64,000 bases of DNA from Eledone cirrhosa (lineage: Eukaryota), in NCBI GenBank assembly GCA_964016885.1, contig OZ024742.1:72850001-72914000 (forward strand). Direction: 5' to 3'. Each line of letters opens with the position of its first letter. The stretch's first letter is position 1. Positions 25,324-37,547 of this stretch are shown here, one piece after another. Below the pieces are notes generated by a model that was not told the DNA's origin, did no database searches, and saw only the letters and a program-made list of their open reading frames with translations. The translations under genes and the position numbers were made by a program.

Positions 25324-28300
25324 TGTTTCTACTTTTGGTACAAGACCAGCAATTACCCAGTGCATTACTGGTACTTTATTTTATCGACCCCCGTAAGGAT
25401 GAAAGGCAAAGTCAACCTCGACGGGATTTGAACTCAGACCATAAAGGGACGTAACTATGCTGGAAAGCATGGTGTCCGACCCTCTGGGAAGATACTGCCA
25501 ATTCACTGCCTGTGAATAATACCAATAATAATAAAACACTGTAAGCACTGACCTGTTCCACAACTAGACGGGACTTCACAGATTTCTTGAATTTGCTTTC
25601 ATTTTCTTTGTTTATACTGCAACAACAAAAACAATAATGGTTTCTGATTTAGGCACATGGCCAGCAATTTAGGGAGGTGAAAAAAACTGATTACTTTAAC
25701 CTCAGAACTTGACTGCTTCTTTATTTTATCAAACCCCACTTTCCCTAGAAGGATGAAAGGCAAAGTTGACCGCAGTGAAATTTGAACTCAGAACTTAAAG
25801 AGCTGGAATAAATATCTTAAAGTCCTTTTTCTGCCATTCTAATGGCTCTGCCAATCTACTACCCTAACATTACCAATAATTGTTTCTACTTTTTGGCACA
25901 AGGCCAGCAATTACCCAGTGCATTACTGGTACTTTATTTTATCGACCCCGTAAGGATGAAAGGCAAAGTTAACCTTGGCGGGATTTGAACTCAGAATGGC
26001 TAGGGCTGTAACTCTATGCGTCAAAGCATGGCGTCCGACCTTCTACCGATACTGCCAATTCACCTAACATTAACAATAATGATAATTCCTCACATTGGCA
26101 CAGGGTTAGACATTTGTAAAGGAAGGAATGTCTACTGAACTGATCTCAGAATATGATTGGTATTTATTATATCAAGCTCAGCCTCCTGAGAGAGAAGAAT
26201 TGCAAATGGATGTGATGTCAGCCACTGTGTCTAAATTCATATTGACATAGTATAAAGCCAGTGGTAACATTTATTTATGTCTCTCATAAACAATATGTCC
26301 CACAGCTTAGTGATTTGATGAAATTTAGTAGTATATGGTCTAGTCTGGTCTCTTATTATCCTCATTACTGAGCGTTGGGGACCATGGACAATCTATATAT
26401 CCATGATTTTCATTGGGTAAAAAGTGATGTTGCTAGGTCCAAATTCCTCATCCGACCATTACTCAGAAGCTGACCACAACTCATCTACATTCATCACAAA
26501 CATGAAGCTGTTGGCCTCTTGAATGGTTGTCACTTATGTGTCTCAGGAGTCCCATTTACCCTGGTTTTGAATTCAGAGTTATCCTTCTCCTAGACAGACA
26601 GCCAAGGCTAATAAGCTTTGTCTACCCGTATTGAATGGCCATTAACTCTCCTAAAATCCTCTACCTTTTGATGGGTTTTTGTTTTTTATCTTGCAGGGTG
26701 TCCAAAAATCACCCTCCTCACAAGCAAGATTGCATACTGAAAATAAAGTATGGGTTAGCATGAGGAAGGGCACTAGTCTGTAAAGTATCTGCTTTAAAAA
26801 ACTGATCTAGCAGACCTTTGAACAAAGGCATTCCAGCCATGACCATCCTGTTTTTTATTCAAACAACTATTTTTACATCTAAGACTACACTACCCAATAT
26901 TTCCTTTGACTTTTTAAGATGACATGGAATGATTTGAAGGAGATTTGACTGCTTTATTTAGCAGGTTGAGTAATCACATAGTGGTTCGTTCTAATAAATT
27001 GTCAGAAAAATGGATTCTGGTAAAAAAATAAAATCAAAGGTTAGAATCTCTCTTAAGCAACAGAGAATACTATAGCCTATTCTGGATTTCAATTTGACAA
27101 GGCCCTAAGCTATATAAAACTTAAAGGATCCTTATTAAATAATTACACCAGAAGGCATCACAAAAATTGAAAACATATGTTTGCCATGTGTATCCCAGTT
27201 TTTTACCATGTATATCCTGTTTTCTTTACGCAAGTATATCCTAGTTTTTAAGATCGGTACACTGTGGCCCTGTGTGTCATGAGAGGTGACAAAAAGGGTT
27301 GGTGTCAGGAAGGGCATCTGGCTGTAAAATATTGTCTCAAATGATCCTATCCAACCCATGCCAACTTGGAAAATTGAAGATGGTGATGATGATGATATAA
27401 CTTTTAATTATTTTGAGACCTGTGGATTGTGAAGCCCTAAGCTGTAGCTTGATCAACTTAGTTCAAGTCAGTTGCTGACCATCCTAGAAAAAATTTAGTT
27501 GAACCTACATTAGATTTCTGCTCACAGATATAGAAGAGTGGTAATGCTGCTATACACATTATGACTCTTGATGGAGTCATAGGGGTGCCATAGTGACATA
27601 TACCATTTTGGGGGTATTTTAAACATGGTGTGCCCCATCCCCTCTCCATGTCTGAAAACAGCCAATTTCTTCCAGAGAAAGAAAATGATAGAGAGGAAGT
27701 GAAAAAGATTTAGGGGAAGAATCGATCCCAGTACTGGACTGATACTTTTTTTATTGACTTCAAAAGGCTAAAAGGCAAAGTTAACTTCAGTGGGATTTGA
27801 ACTCGGATTGCAGAGAGCTGGAATGAATACCACAAAGCATTCTATCCAATGTTATAATGAGCATCACTTTTTCACCTCGCTACATATATTAACAGCCAGG
27901 AAAAACATCCAAAAGAAAGCCATTTAGCTTATTGTCAAAGATATACACTCATCAACATTTTACAATCACTGGCCCACAGGTACATTTTTCCCTCTCTATT
28001 CCACTGCTATTACAACATCCTCTGCTTTTTCAAATCCAGGCTTACATGACACAATTGTCCTTCTTCTCCACTCCTGTCACTATTACAATATACCACCTCC
28101 CATACCAGAATAAATCACTTCATCTAGTTCTGCTTCCTCAGGACCCAATCTTGGATAACTTGTAAAGGCCATGGACACAGTACTTACCACTAAACCAAAC
28201 AAATTTAAAATGAATAAATATAAAACTGTTACAGATTTCTGTAAATCCACTTCAGCCTTTATTTTCTCTGCAGACATCGACTTGCGTAAGTTCATACTGA

Positions 28301-31300
28301 ACATCAGACACATTAATCTCCCTAGTCTGGGGAAGAGCATACAGAGCATACAAAGCTCATGGCTACTTCTCTCCTTTTCCTTAATAAATAATATAATTAT
28401 TTCTAATTTAGGCTCAATGCGGAAGAGCAAAGTGAATTAAATTAACCCCACTTTATTTTATCAACCCTTGGAAGGGTGAAAGACAAAGTTGATCTTGGAA
28501 CGATTTGAATTCAGAATTTAAAGAGCCAGAATAATTACAGCAAAGCATTTTGTTTGGTGTTCTAAAGGGGAAGAAAGGATCAGAAATATATTAAAAAAAA
28601 GGATGAAAGAAAAAGGAAGAAATAGAATTAAAAAAGAGAGTAAGAACAATGTGGTTATGGCTACATACCTCTCATTTTTCACTTCAGAACTTTTTTTATC
28701 AAAAGTTTCAACATGCATTGAGGCTGGGAAGACACTTGGTAGATTGTAGAGCAGAAATTACATAAAGAGAAAAAGTACAGAGAAATTAATATAGAGAAAA
28801 ATGAAATTAAAAAGCATAGAGAAACAATACTTACAAAAATGTAGAGAAGAGAATGAGAGAAAATGAATGTAAAAAAAATAGTAGAGAGAAAAATAGAGAA
28901 ATAAATAGAAAAATATGTAGAGAAAAATAGAAAAAATTTAGAGAGAAAATAGTATAAAAATGAAAGTATATAGAATAAAAATGAAACAGGAAAGAAATGA
29001 ATGTAGATATAAAATTGTAGTAAAAAATATAAACAGAGAAAAATGTAGAGAATAACATTGTAGGGAAAAATCAGAAGAGAAATAATTGTATAGAAAAATG
29101 TAGAAAAAGAAGGAAATGCAAAGAAAAACGAAGTTGAGAAAAAATGTAGAGAAAATAAAGAAAAAAATATAGAGAAAATATTTCTGAGTATAATATAATT
29201 GTTTCTACTTTTGACACAAGGCCAGCAATTATCCCAGTGTATTACTGGTACTTAATTTTATCAAACCCCATAAGGATGAAAGGCAAAGTTAACCTCGGCC
29301 GGGATTTGAACTCAGACCATAAAGAGCCGTAACTCTGTTGCAAAGCATGGCATCCAACCCTCTACTGATACTGCCAATCCACCGCCCTCTGAGTATAATA
29401 TAATATGAGTATAATATGGCCCATGTTTCTGAAGCTAAAATAGTATATGTAATTTAAAAAAAGAAATTTGTACCATGTAACTAACAATTTCACTACAATA
29501 TTCAATTTCTGATGATGTTAAAGAATGTAAAAATAATAATAAGTTTGTTTCTAAGACAAATGACATTCAACTACACTGATTCCCAAATAACAAATATTGA
29601 CAATAAATCAAATACCATTTGTAAAAAATTGTTATCAACACATATTTGCAATCTTGCATTCCGAAAAAAGTATTTTTAAATCCATTGAAAATTTCTGAAA
29701 AAATGTGCTAGTGTATTTTACACAAAAAATATAGTGGATTTGTTATGAAATGATAATATATATTCAATGTATGATGAAATGAAAAAAAAAAATGAAAATA
29801 TTCTGTAATGTTTAATGAGCTGTTAGGTCAATCTCCCCCTCCCCTACTTCCTCAAAATAAGTACCAGTAATACACTAGAGTTTGGAGCTAGTGTTAAATG
29901 AAAAAGAAATCAATATATCACTAAGGAAATATTAATTTTTAAAAGAAGCACCAGACAACATATTTTAAGTGGGTAAGATTGACCCAGTACATGACTGGTA
30001 CTTACTTATTTTCTGCCATTCTTCCTCTCTCTGAAGGATGAAAGGCAAATTCAATTTCAGTAGGATTTAGACATGGAATACAAAGGGCAGTAACATTAAT
30101 GAAGTAATGTGAAATAGGGTTGGTGGATCTCAAAATTATTACAACACTGGACAAAAATGGCTTGAGGTGTTAGTGAGATCCCTTTAGATTTTGAATTCTA
30201 ATTCTGCTTTAGTCGTACCAAGGTTGATAAAATGAATATGAGTCAAGTACTGGAATATTTTTAATAAACTGTGATGCTTCTCCAAAATTTTTGGCCTTGT
30301 GCATTTGTTATAAATGATTATATTGAAATGTGGCCCTTGGCCCATCTAGGAGGGTAGAAGCTCTGATTAAATACTGACTTGATCTGCGATGACCTGTCCA
30401 ACCCATGCCAGCATGGAAAAAACAGATGTTAAATGATGATGATGTTGAAAAATCCTATAGCCAGTAATAGATCATAGTATCATTACTGGGTCTATTTTCA
30501 TCACCCTCTGAAATTCATTGTTTGTCTTCCCCTCTCTGAATGATACTCTGTCTAACCACTAAACCATTCTCATTCCATTCTTTTCAGCCCACTCTGATGC
30601 TCCACATTCATCACTATTGTTTGCTTTAGATTTGAGTAAATAAGAATTATCTGGAGATAGCAGACATGAGATTTCAGAAAGGTCAACGTAATGTTTAAGT
30701 TGACTGACCTGATAGAAGATTCTTTGAGTTTCTGACCAATTCCAATGGCCATTAGTCTCTTCAGGATATCCTCAATTCTGGCAGGAACACCACAGTCGAT
30801 AAATGTAATCTGGCTTGGAATGACAGACAATATCAAGAACAATAACATCAGTGAAAACTAGTTATGTACTCCCACACACCTCATCTCTACATACTATGCT
30901 GTAAATATGAAATTAGTTTCAACCTAGATAACAAATATTTTTGTCATGCATACATATTTTACTTGTTGTTGTATATCATCTAAACAACCACAGGCAAACA
31001 AGTAACAGAGGTGCTTAAATACTACTACATGTAGTAGTATCCGGAAATCAAAAAATGGACAACATCATGGAATAATAGATAATATCAAGGAATGACATGT
31101 AACATCCAAAAATGGATAGACAGAGGATATGCCAAGGCTGGAAAGAAATGAACTGAACATGCATTGATAGATGTGCCGTGTTAATATGTGTGAAATATGA
31201 AGCATGGATGAACTGAGAGAAAAACTGGGTATAAGAGGAATCAAATATAGTGTGCAAGAGAGAAGACTGTATTGGTATGGACATGTGATATGCATGGATG

Positions 31301-34300
31301 ATGATTGCTGGGTGAAGAAGTGCCAAGAAATCCAGTGGAAGAAAGCCTCGGTAGAGGAAGACCTGGGCAGAGGTGGTGAAAACTGATCTCAAACTGCTAA
31401 AGCCCATTGAGGAGATGACAAAGGACCTTAACAGATGGAAGGATACTGTGCTGGAAAAGACCTGTCCAACCCATGCAAGCATGAAAAGGTTCATGTAAAA
31501 TGGTGATAATGACAATGATGATCTGTGTCAGATGGTGAAGACTGGTACACAGCATGACATGATGGTAGCCCTATGACTCCATCATGAAATGGGGATCCAA
31601 AAGAAAGGAAGAATCAGATGCAGGAGCACTTTATGATCACAGAAATGGCTAGAAGCAGCACTCACATCTTTTCTAATTTACACTTTATTATTTTATGTGT
31701 ATATGTATGATGTGTGTAATATATGTATGATATGTGTATATGTATATATATATATATGGTATATGTATATCATTATCAAGATATTTGCTGGTGGCACGAA
31801 TAAAAACACCCAGTCCATGCTGTAAAATGGAGGGGTGGATAGGGCCTCTGAGTCCAGTAAGACAGCCTTTCTAGTGCTGGTGGCACGAATAAAAGCACCC
31901 AGTCCATGCTGTAAAGTTGTGCTGGTGTTAGAAAGGGCATCCAACCAGTATATATTAATGCCAAAAACTATGAGCTCAACAAATGAGAATTGCAACAACT
32001 GCGTAAACAGCAATAACACTAACCATGTTAGGGCTGCGCACGGTAGTGGGGTGGCTGGTGCAGCCATGTGCGAGAACCCCCCCCCCGACTGTCATCAAGC
32101 AATCGCACAACAACAACAATTGCGTAAACAGCAATAACACTAACCATGTTAGGGCTGCGCACGGTAGTGGGGTGGCTGGTGAAGCCATGTGCGAGAACCC
32201 CCCGACCGTCATCAAGCAATCGCACAACAGGAAAAAGAACAAGACGTCGCATCTCAGAGTTGTCACACTTAATGTTGGCACTCTAACAGGTAGATCTGGT
32301 GAGATAGCGGAGATGCTGGAGAGAAGGCATGTGGATGTGTGCTGCGTGCAAGAGGTGAGATGGAGAGGTGCCTCTGCAAGACTAATCGCAGGCAAATATC
32401 TTAGTTATAAGCTTCTCTGGGTGGGTAATGATGATGGGTTAGGTGGGGGTAGGCATATTACTGGCTGAGAGATGGATCGATAAGACAATAGAGGTAGTTC
32501 GAGTTAGTAATCGAATAATTAAGCTTAGATTAGTTGTAGGCAGGAGACTATTGATAATCATCTCTGCCTATGCTCCCCAGGCAGGCCTAGGTAAAGAAGA
32601 GAAAGACTGCTTTTACGAGCAACTTTTACAAACAGCCTCAATGACAGAGGACAGAGACATTGTTATGCTAGCAGGGGACTTCAATGGTCATATTGGACAG
32701 CTCCAGGATGGTTACACTGGGGTACATGGTGGGCACGGTTACGGCTCAAGAAATGAAGAAGGAGTGAGGCTTCTTGAATTTTGTGATGCAAGTGCACTAA
32801 CCATTTGCAACACTAACTTCCAGAAGCCTACCAACCACCTAATAACCTACAAATCAGGCAAGCACATAAGCCAGATTGACTTCCTGCTAGTTAGACAGCA
32901 AGACAGACAGATGGTGTCAAATACTAAGGCATACCCCGGGGAAGAATGTACCCCACAGCATAGGTTAGTCATTAGTGACATCTCAGTAAGCAAGAGAAAG
33001 AATGAGACATACAGGAAGGTGTGGAAAAGAAAGGTCTGGAAGCTAAAAGACCTTTCACTAAAATATAAATTTAGCAAAGCCCTTCAAGATGTTTATGACG
33101 AAAAAGAAGACGATTTAGAGTTGTATGACATAGATGATAACTGGAATTTCTTGCATGACTACTTACTGCAGGCTACTGAAGACACTTGTGGCTGGGGCAG
33201 AGCTTCAACCAGACAGAGAGTGACCTGGTGGTGGAACAGCACGGTAGATAGGGCCATTAGAGACAAAAGACTGGCATGGAAGGGTTGGAAAAATGGTGGG
33301 AGTAGAGAAGGATACACAGCCGCTAAGAGAGAAGCTAGACGTCAGGTGTACTTAGCACGCAGGGAGGCTGAGAGTAGGAGGTTTGCCAATGTTCTGCAAC
33401 GGGAAGATCAGAGACGTGCGGTGTTCCACATTGCAAGGCAGTGTGTCAGTGCAAATCAGGATGTTGTTGGAGATAAGTGTGTCCGGAATGATGCCGGTGT
33501 ACTTAGTGTCACGAATGATCAAAAAAAGGAGGCCTGGAAATGTCATTATGAGAGACTGATGAATGTGGAGAACGAATGGGACAGAGAGAAATTACCTCCA
33601 GTAGACCTGACAGAGGGACCAGCTATTGAGATTGACGAATATAGGGTCCAAGAGGCAATTAAAGATATGAAGGATGGTAAGGCTGCTGGACTGTCGGGGA
33701 TAGTTGCTGAGATGCTGAAGGCATCAGGAGAAGTAGGCACTAAACTGGTTACACGCATCATCAATCAAGCTATATATGGTGGTGTCATACTCAAAGACTG
33801 GTGCAGCAGTATTCTCATAAATTGCTACAAAGGTAAAGGGGATGCTCTGGAGAGGAGCAATTATAGGGGCATAAAGCTGAGGGATCAGGTTATGAAAGTG
33901 GCAGAGAGAATATTATTGCAACTGATTAGAGAAAGGGTCAAATTAGATGAGATGCAGTTTGGTTTTGTGCTTCGGAAAAGTACAACAGATGCCCTCTTCT
34001 TAGTGAGACAATTACAAGAGAAGTTCTTAGAGAAGAATAAGCCACTATACTTAGCTTTTGTTGACCTAGAGAAGGCCTTTGATAGGGTACCCCGATCTGT
34101 CATCTGGTGGTCCATAAGGAAACTAGGTGTAGAGGAATGGCTTGTGAGGACAGTGCAAGCTATGTACAGGGGTGCTGTCACTAAAGTGAGAGTAGGAATG
34201 GAGTTTAGTGAAGAATTCCAGATACAAGTAGGTGTACATCAGGGTTTGGTCCTCAGCCCGCTCTTGTTCATTATAGTCCTCCAAGCCATAACAGAGGAGT

Positions 34301-37300
34301 TTAAGACTGGATGCCCATGGGAATTTCTCTATGCTGATGATCTGGTTCTTATAGCAGAATCAGTAGAGGAGCTAGAGAATAAATTCTGGCTATGGAAACA
34401 GCAGTTGGAATCAAGAGGACTGAGAGTGAACATAGTTAAGACAAAAGTGTTGATAAGTAGAAGAGAGGACAATACTCTGATTCCATCAGGGAAATGGCCA
34501 TGTTCCATATGTAGAAAAGGAAATGGCATAAATTCCATAAAATGTACACAATGCAGATCTTGGGTATACAAGAGATGTAGTGGGATAGCAGACAGACTAA
34601 CAGATAGGGAAAACTACGTATGCAGTAGATGTACAGGGAAAGTTGGCAGTAGTAATCGCAGTGATAGACACATTTTTCTAATGCAGGTGGGTTCTATAGA
34701 AGTGGTTGATAGCTTCTGGTACCTAGGTGATCAGATTAGCATGGGAGGGGGTGTTCCAAGGCCATAGTATCTAGAATAAGGACGGGTTGAAAGAAGTTTA
34801 GGGAGCTGCTTCCTCTGTTGACAAAGAAGAGTTTCTCCCTGTGTACGAAAGGACGGTTATATGATGCCTGTGTGAGATGCACGGTGCTGCATGGTAGTGA
34901 GACATGGGCAGCAACTGCAGAGGATATGCGATAGCTGGAGAGAAATGAAGCAAGCATGCTCCGTTGGATGTACAATGTCAATGTGCGTGAACGACCAAGT
35001 ATAGACGAGTTGAGAAAGAAACTGGGTATAAGAGGGATAAGTTGTGGTGTGCAGGAGAGAAGACTGAGATGGTATGGACATGTGATGCGCATGGAGGATG
35101 ACCGCTGGGCAAAGAAGTGCCAAGAAATCCCAGTTGAAGGAAGACGCAGTAGAGGAAGACCACAAAAAACATGGGTCTGTGAGGTGGTGAGAGCAGACCT
35201 CAGATTGCTGAAACTCACAGAGGAGATGATGAAGGACCATGACAAATGGAGAGATGCTGTGCTGAATAGGACCCATCCCACTCTTGCAAGCAGGGAAAAG
35301 CGGACGTAAAATGATGATGATGATAATATATATGTATATTGTACTGGTTCCACAAAATATCCAGGCCACACTGTAAAGTGGTCATATAGGTGTCACGACA
35401 AAAAGCACCCAGCACACACTATAAATGTTGTGTCAGGAAGAACATCCAACCGTAGAAAACCAGTCAGAAACACTCCTATATGAGTGAGACACGGTCACTT
35501 GACCCAACTTGCCTCTAAATGGGACAACCCCATGTAACCCATGCTAGCATGAAAGATAGACATTAATCGATGATGATGAAAGAGCACATTAGGAAACTTA
35601 AGTATCTGTGTATGCCAATGATTATATATATATAAAGGATAACAAAATATCGTTATAGGTAATCCAATTAGAGGTTGTGAATACTTCTTATTATGGATAG
35701 TTTTAGCGTACGGCATTGCTTGACTCAACAAGAGGTTTACGTAGATGACGAGTTTATGATTTCACTTGTATTCCTATGTAAGTTTATCTTGCAGTAATAA
35801 AATTAAAAAAGTAGAGAATAACATGGTCAACAGTACAAAGAAGGGGATTTATTTGCAGTCTAACAATTGTTTCACTGATAGAGTTGTCTAAAAATTGCTG
35901 AACACTAAAAACAGTGCCACTCAATTTTAAATAGGATGTTAACTCTACTAGATCATCGGAAACTGTTAAAAAAATATATATGTAACTGGCAAATTTACAA
36001 ATTCAAATTACATCATCAATAATAATATTAATAATAAAGATATAGAGAGAAAAGGAGGAAGAAAGGGAGATAGATACAGTAAAGAAAGAAAAGAAAGGAA
36101 GGAGAAAGAAGAAGGAAAAGAAAAAAAGAAAAAGAGAAAGAAGAAGAAAAGGAGAAATTATTATAGATAGAAATATATAAAGATAGGAAGATATATAGAA
36201 GATGATGGTATATAGATGAGAGACAAAAATAAGAATAACGTAGGATAGAGAGAAGAATAGAGGGACAAATAGATGAATAAACGTTAATGTATGAATAAAT
36301 GTAAATAAAAATAAAAATAGATATATAAAAAATATATGAAAAAATGGTGAAAATATGATAATGTTAAACATATTTATGCGTGTATTGGTTATTTTAATAA
36401 ATAAATTAATTAATTAGTTTTAAGTTATATTATATGATAAAATAAAATGACAGAGATGAAATAAATTTAGGGAGAGAAATTTTAAGATAAAGAGTGAAAA
36501 ATAGAGATATATAAAATAAGAATGTAAATATAAGAGGTTTTGATGTTGTTCTTTGATAGATGATGACAATTATAATTATAATGATGATGTTGATAATGTG
36601 ATATCATAATAGATCCAAGTGGTACAATCTGGGTTATGGAATAGATAAGATGGAATTAAGCTGGTCTAAAGTTCTCAAATTTAGTCGCCGCCTCTCTTTA
36701 TATTTCTATCATCATCATCATCATCACCGTTTTACGTCCGTTCTTCCACGCTAGTATGGGTTAGACGGGTTGTCCTGTTGTGGGCAGTGTCTGGTCGGCT
36801 GACCATGCCTTGCTCATACAGGAACTGATTTGGCTTGATTTCTACAGCTGGATGCCCTTCCTAACACCAACCTCATTTACAGTGAGTGCTGGGTGCTTTT
36901 TCGTGGCGCCTACACGTCCACAATAATTTCTCTTTTTCTTTTTCCTTCTTCTTCTTTCTCCTTCCTTTCCTTTCTTCCTCCTTTTCTCTCTATATCTTTA
37001 TTATTAATATTATTATTGTGGTGGATTGGCAGTATCGGTAGAGGGTTGGACGCCATGCTTTCTAGCATAGTTACGTCCCTTTATGATCTGAGTTCAAATT
37101 CCGCCAAGGTTAACTTTGCCTTTCATCCTTACGGGGTCGATAAAATAAAGTACCAGTAATGTACTGGGTAATTGCTGGCCTTGTGCCTAAAGTAGAAACA
37201 ATTAATATTATTATTGATGATGTAATTTGAATTTGTAAATTTGCCGGTTACATATATATTTTTTTAACAGTTTCTGATGATCTAGTAGAGTTAACATCGT

Positions 37301-37462
37301 ATTTAAAATTGAGTGGCACTGTTTTTAGTGTTCAGCAATTTTTAGACAACTCTATCAGTGAAACAATTGTTAGACTGCAAATAAATCCCGTTCTTTGTAC
37401 TGTTGACCATGTTATTCTCCACTTTTTCAATATTATATATATATATATATATATAAAGAGAA

Positions 37463-37547
<85 letters not shown>

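Larger units (their letters stand above)
35580..37430. mobile_element. Penelope-like insertion with inverted pLTR pair (arms about 35800-36165 and 36922-37430), later hit by an RTE tail (36709-36921) and a SINE (37019-37200)
   Basis: About 230-bp near-identical inverted repeat extended by a further 100-140 bp of GA/CT-rich inverted match; each arm holds a hammerhead fold followed by AATAAA. Confidence 0.75.
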
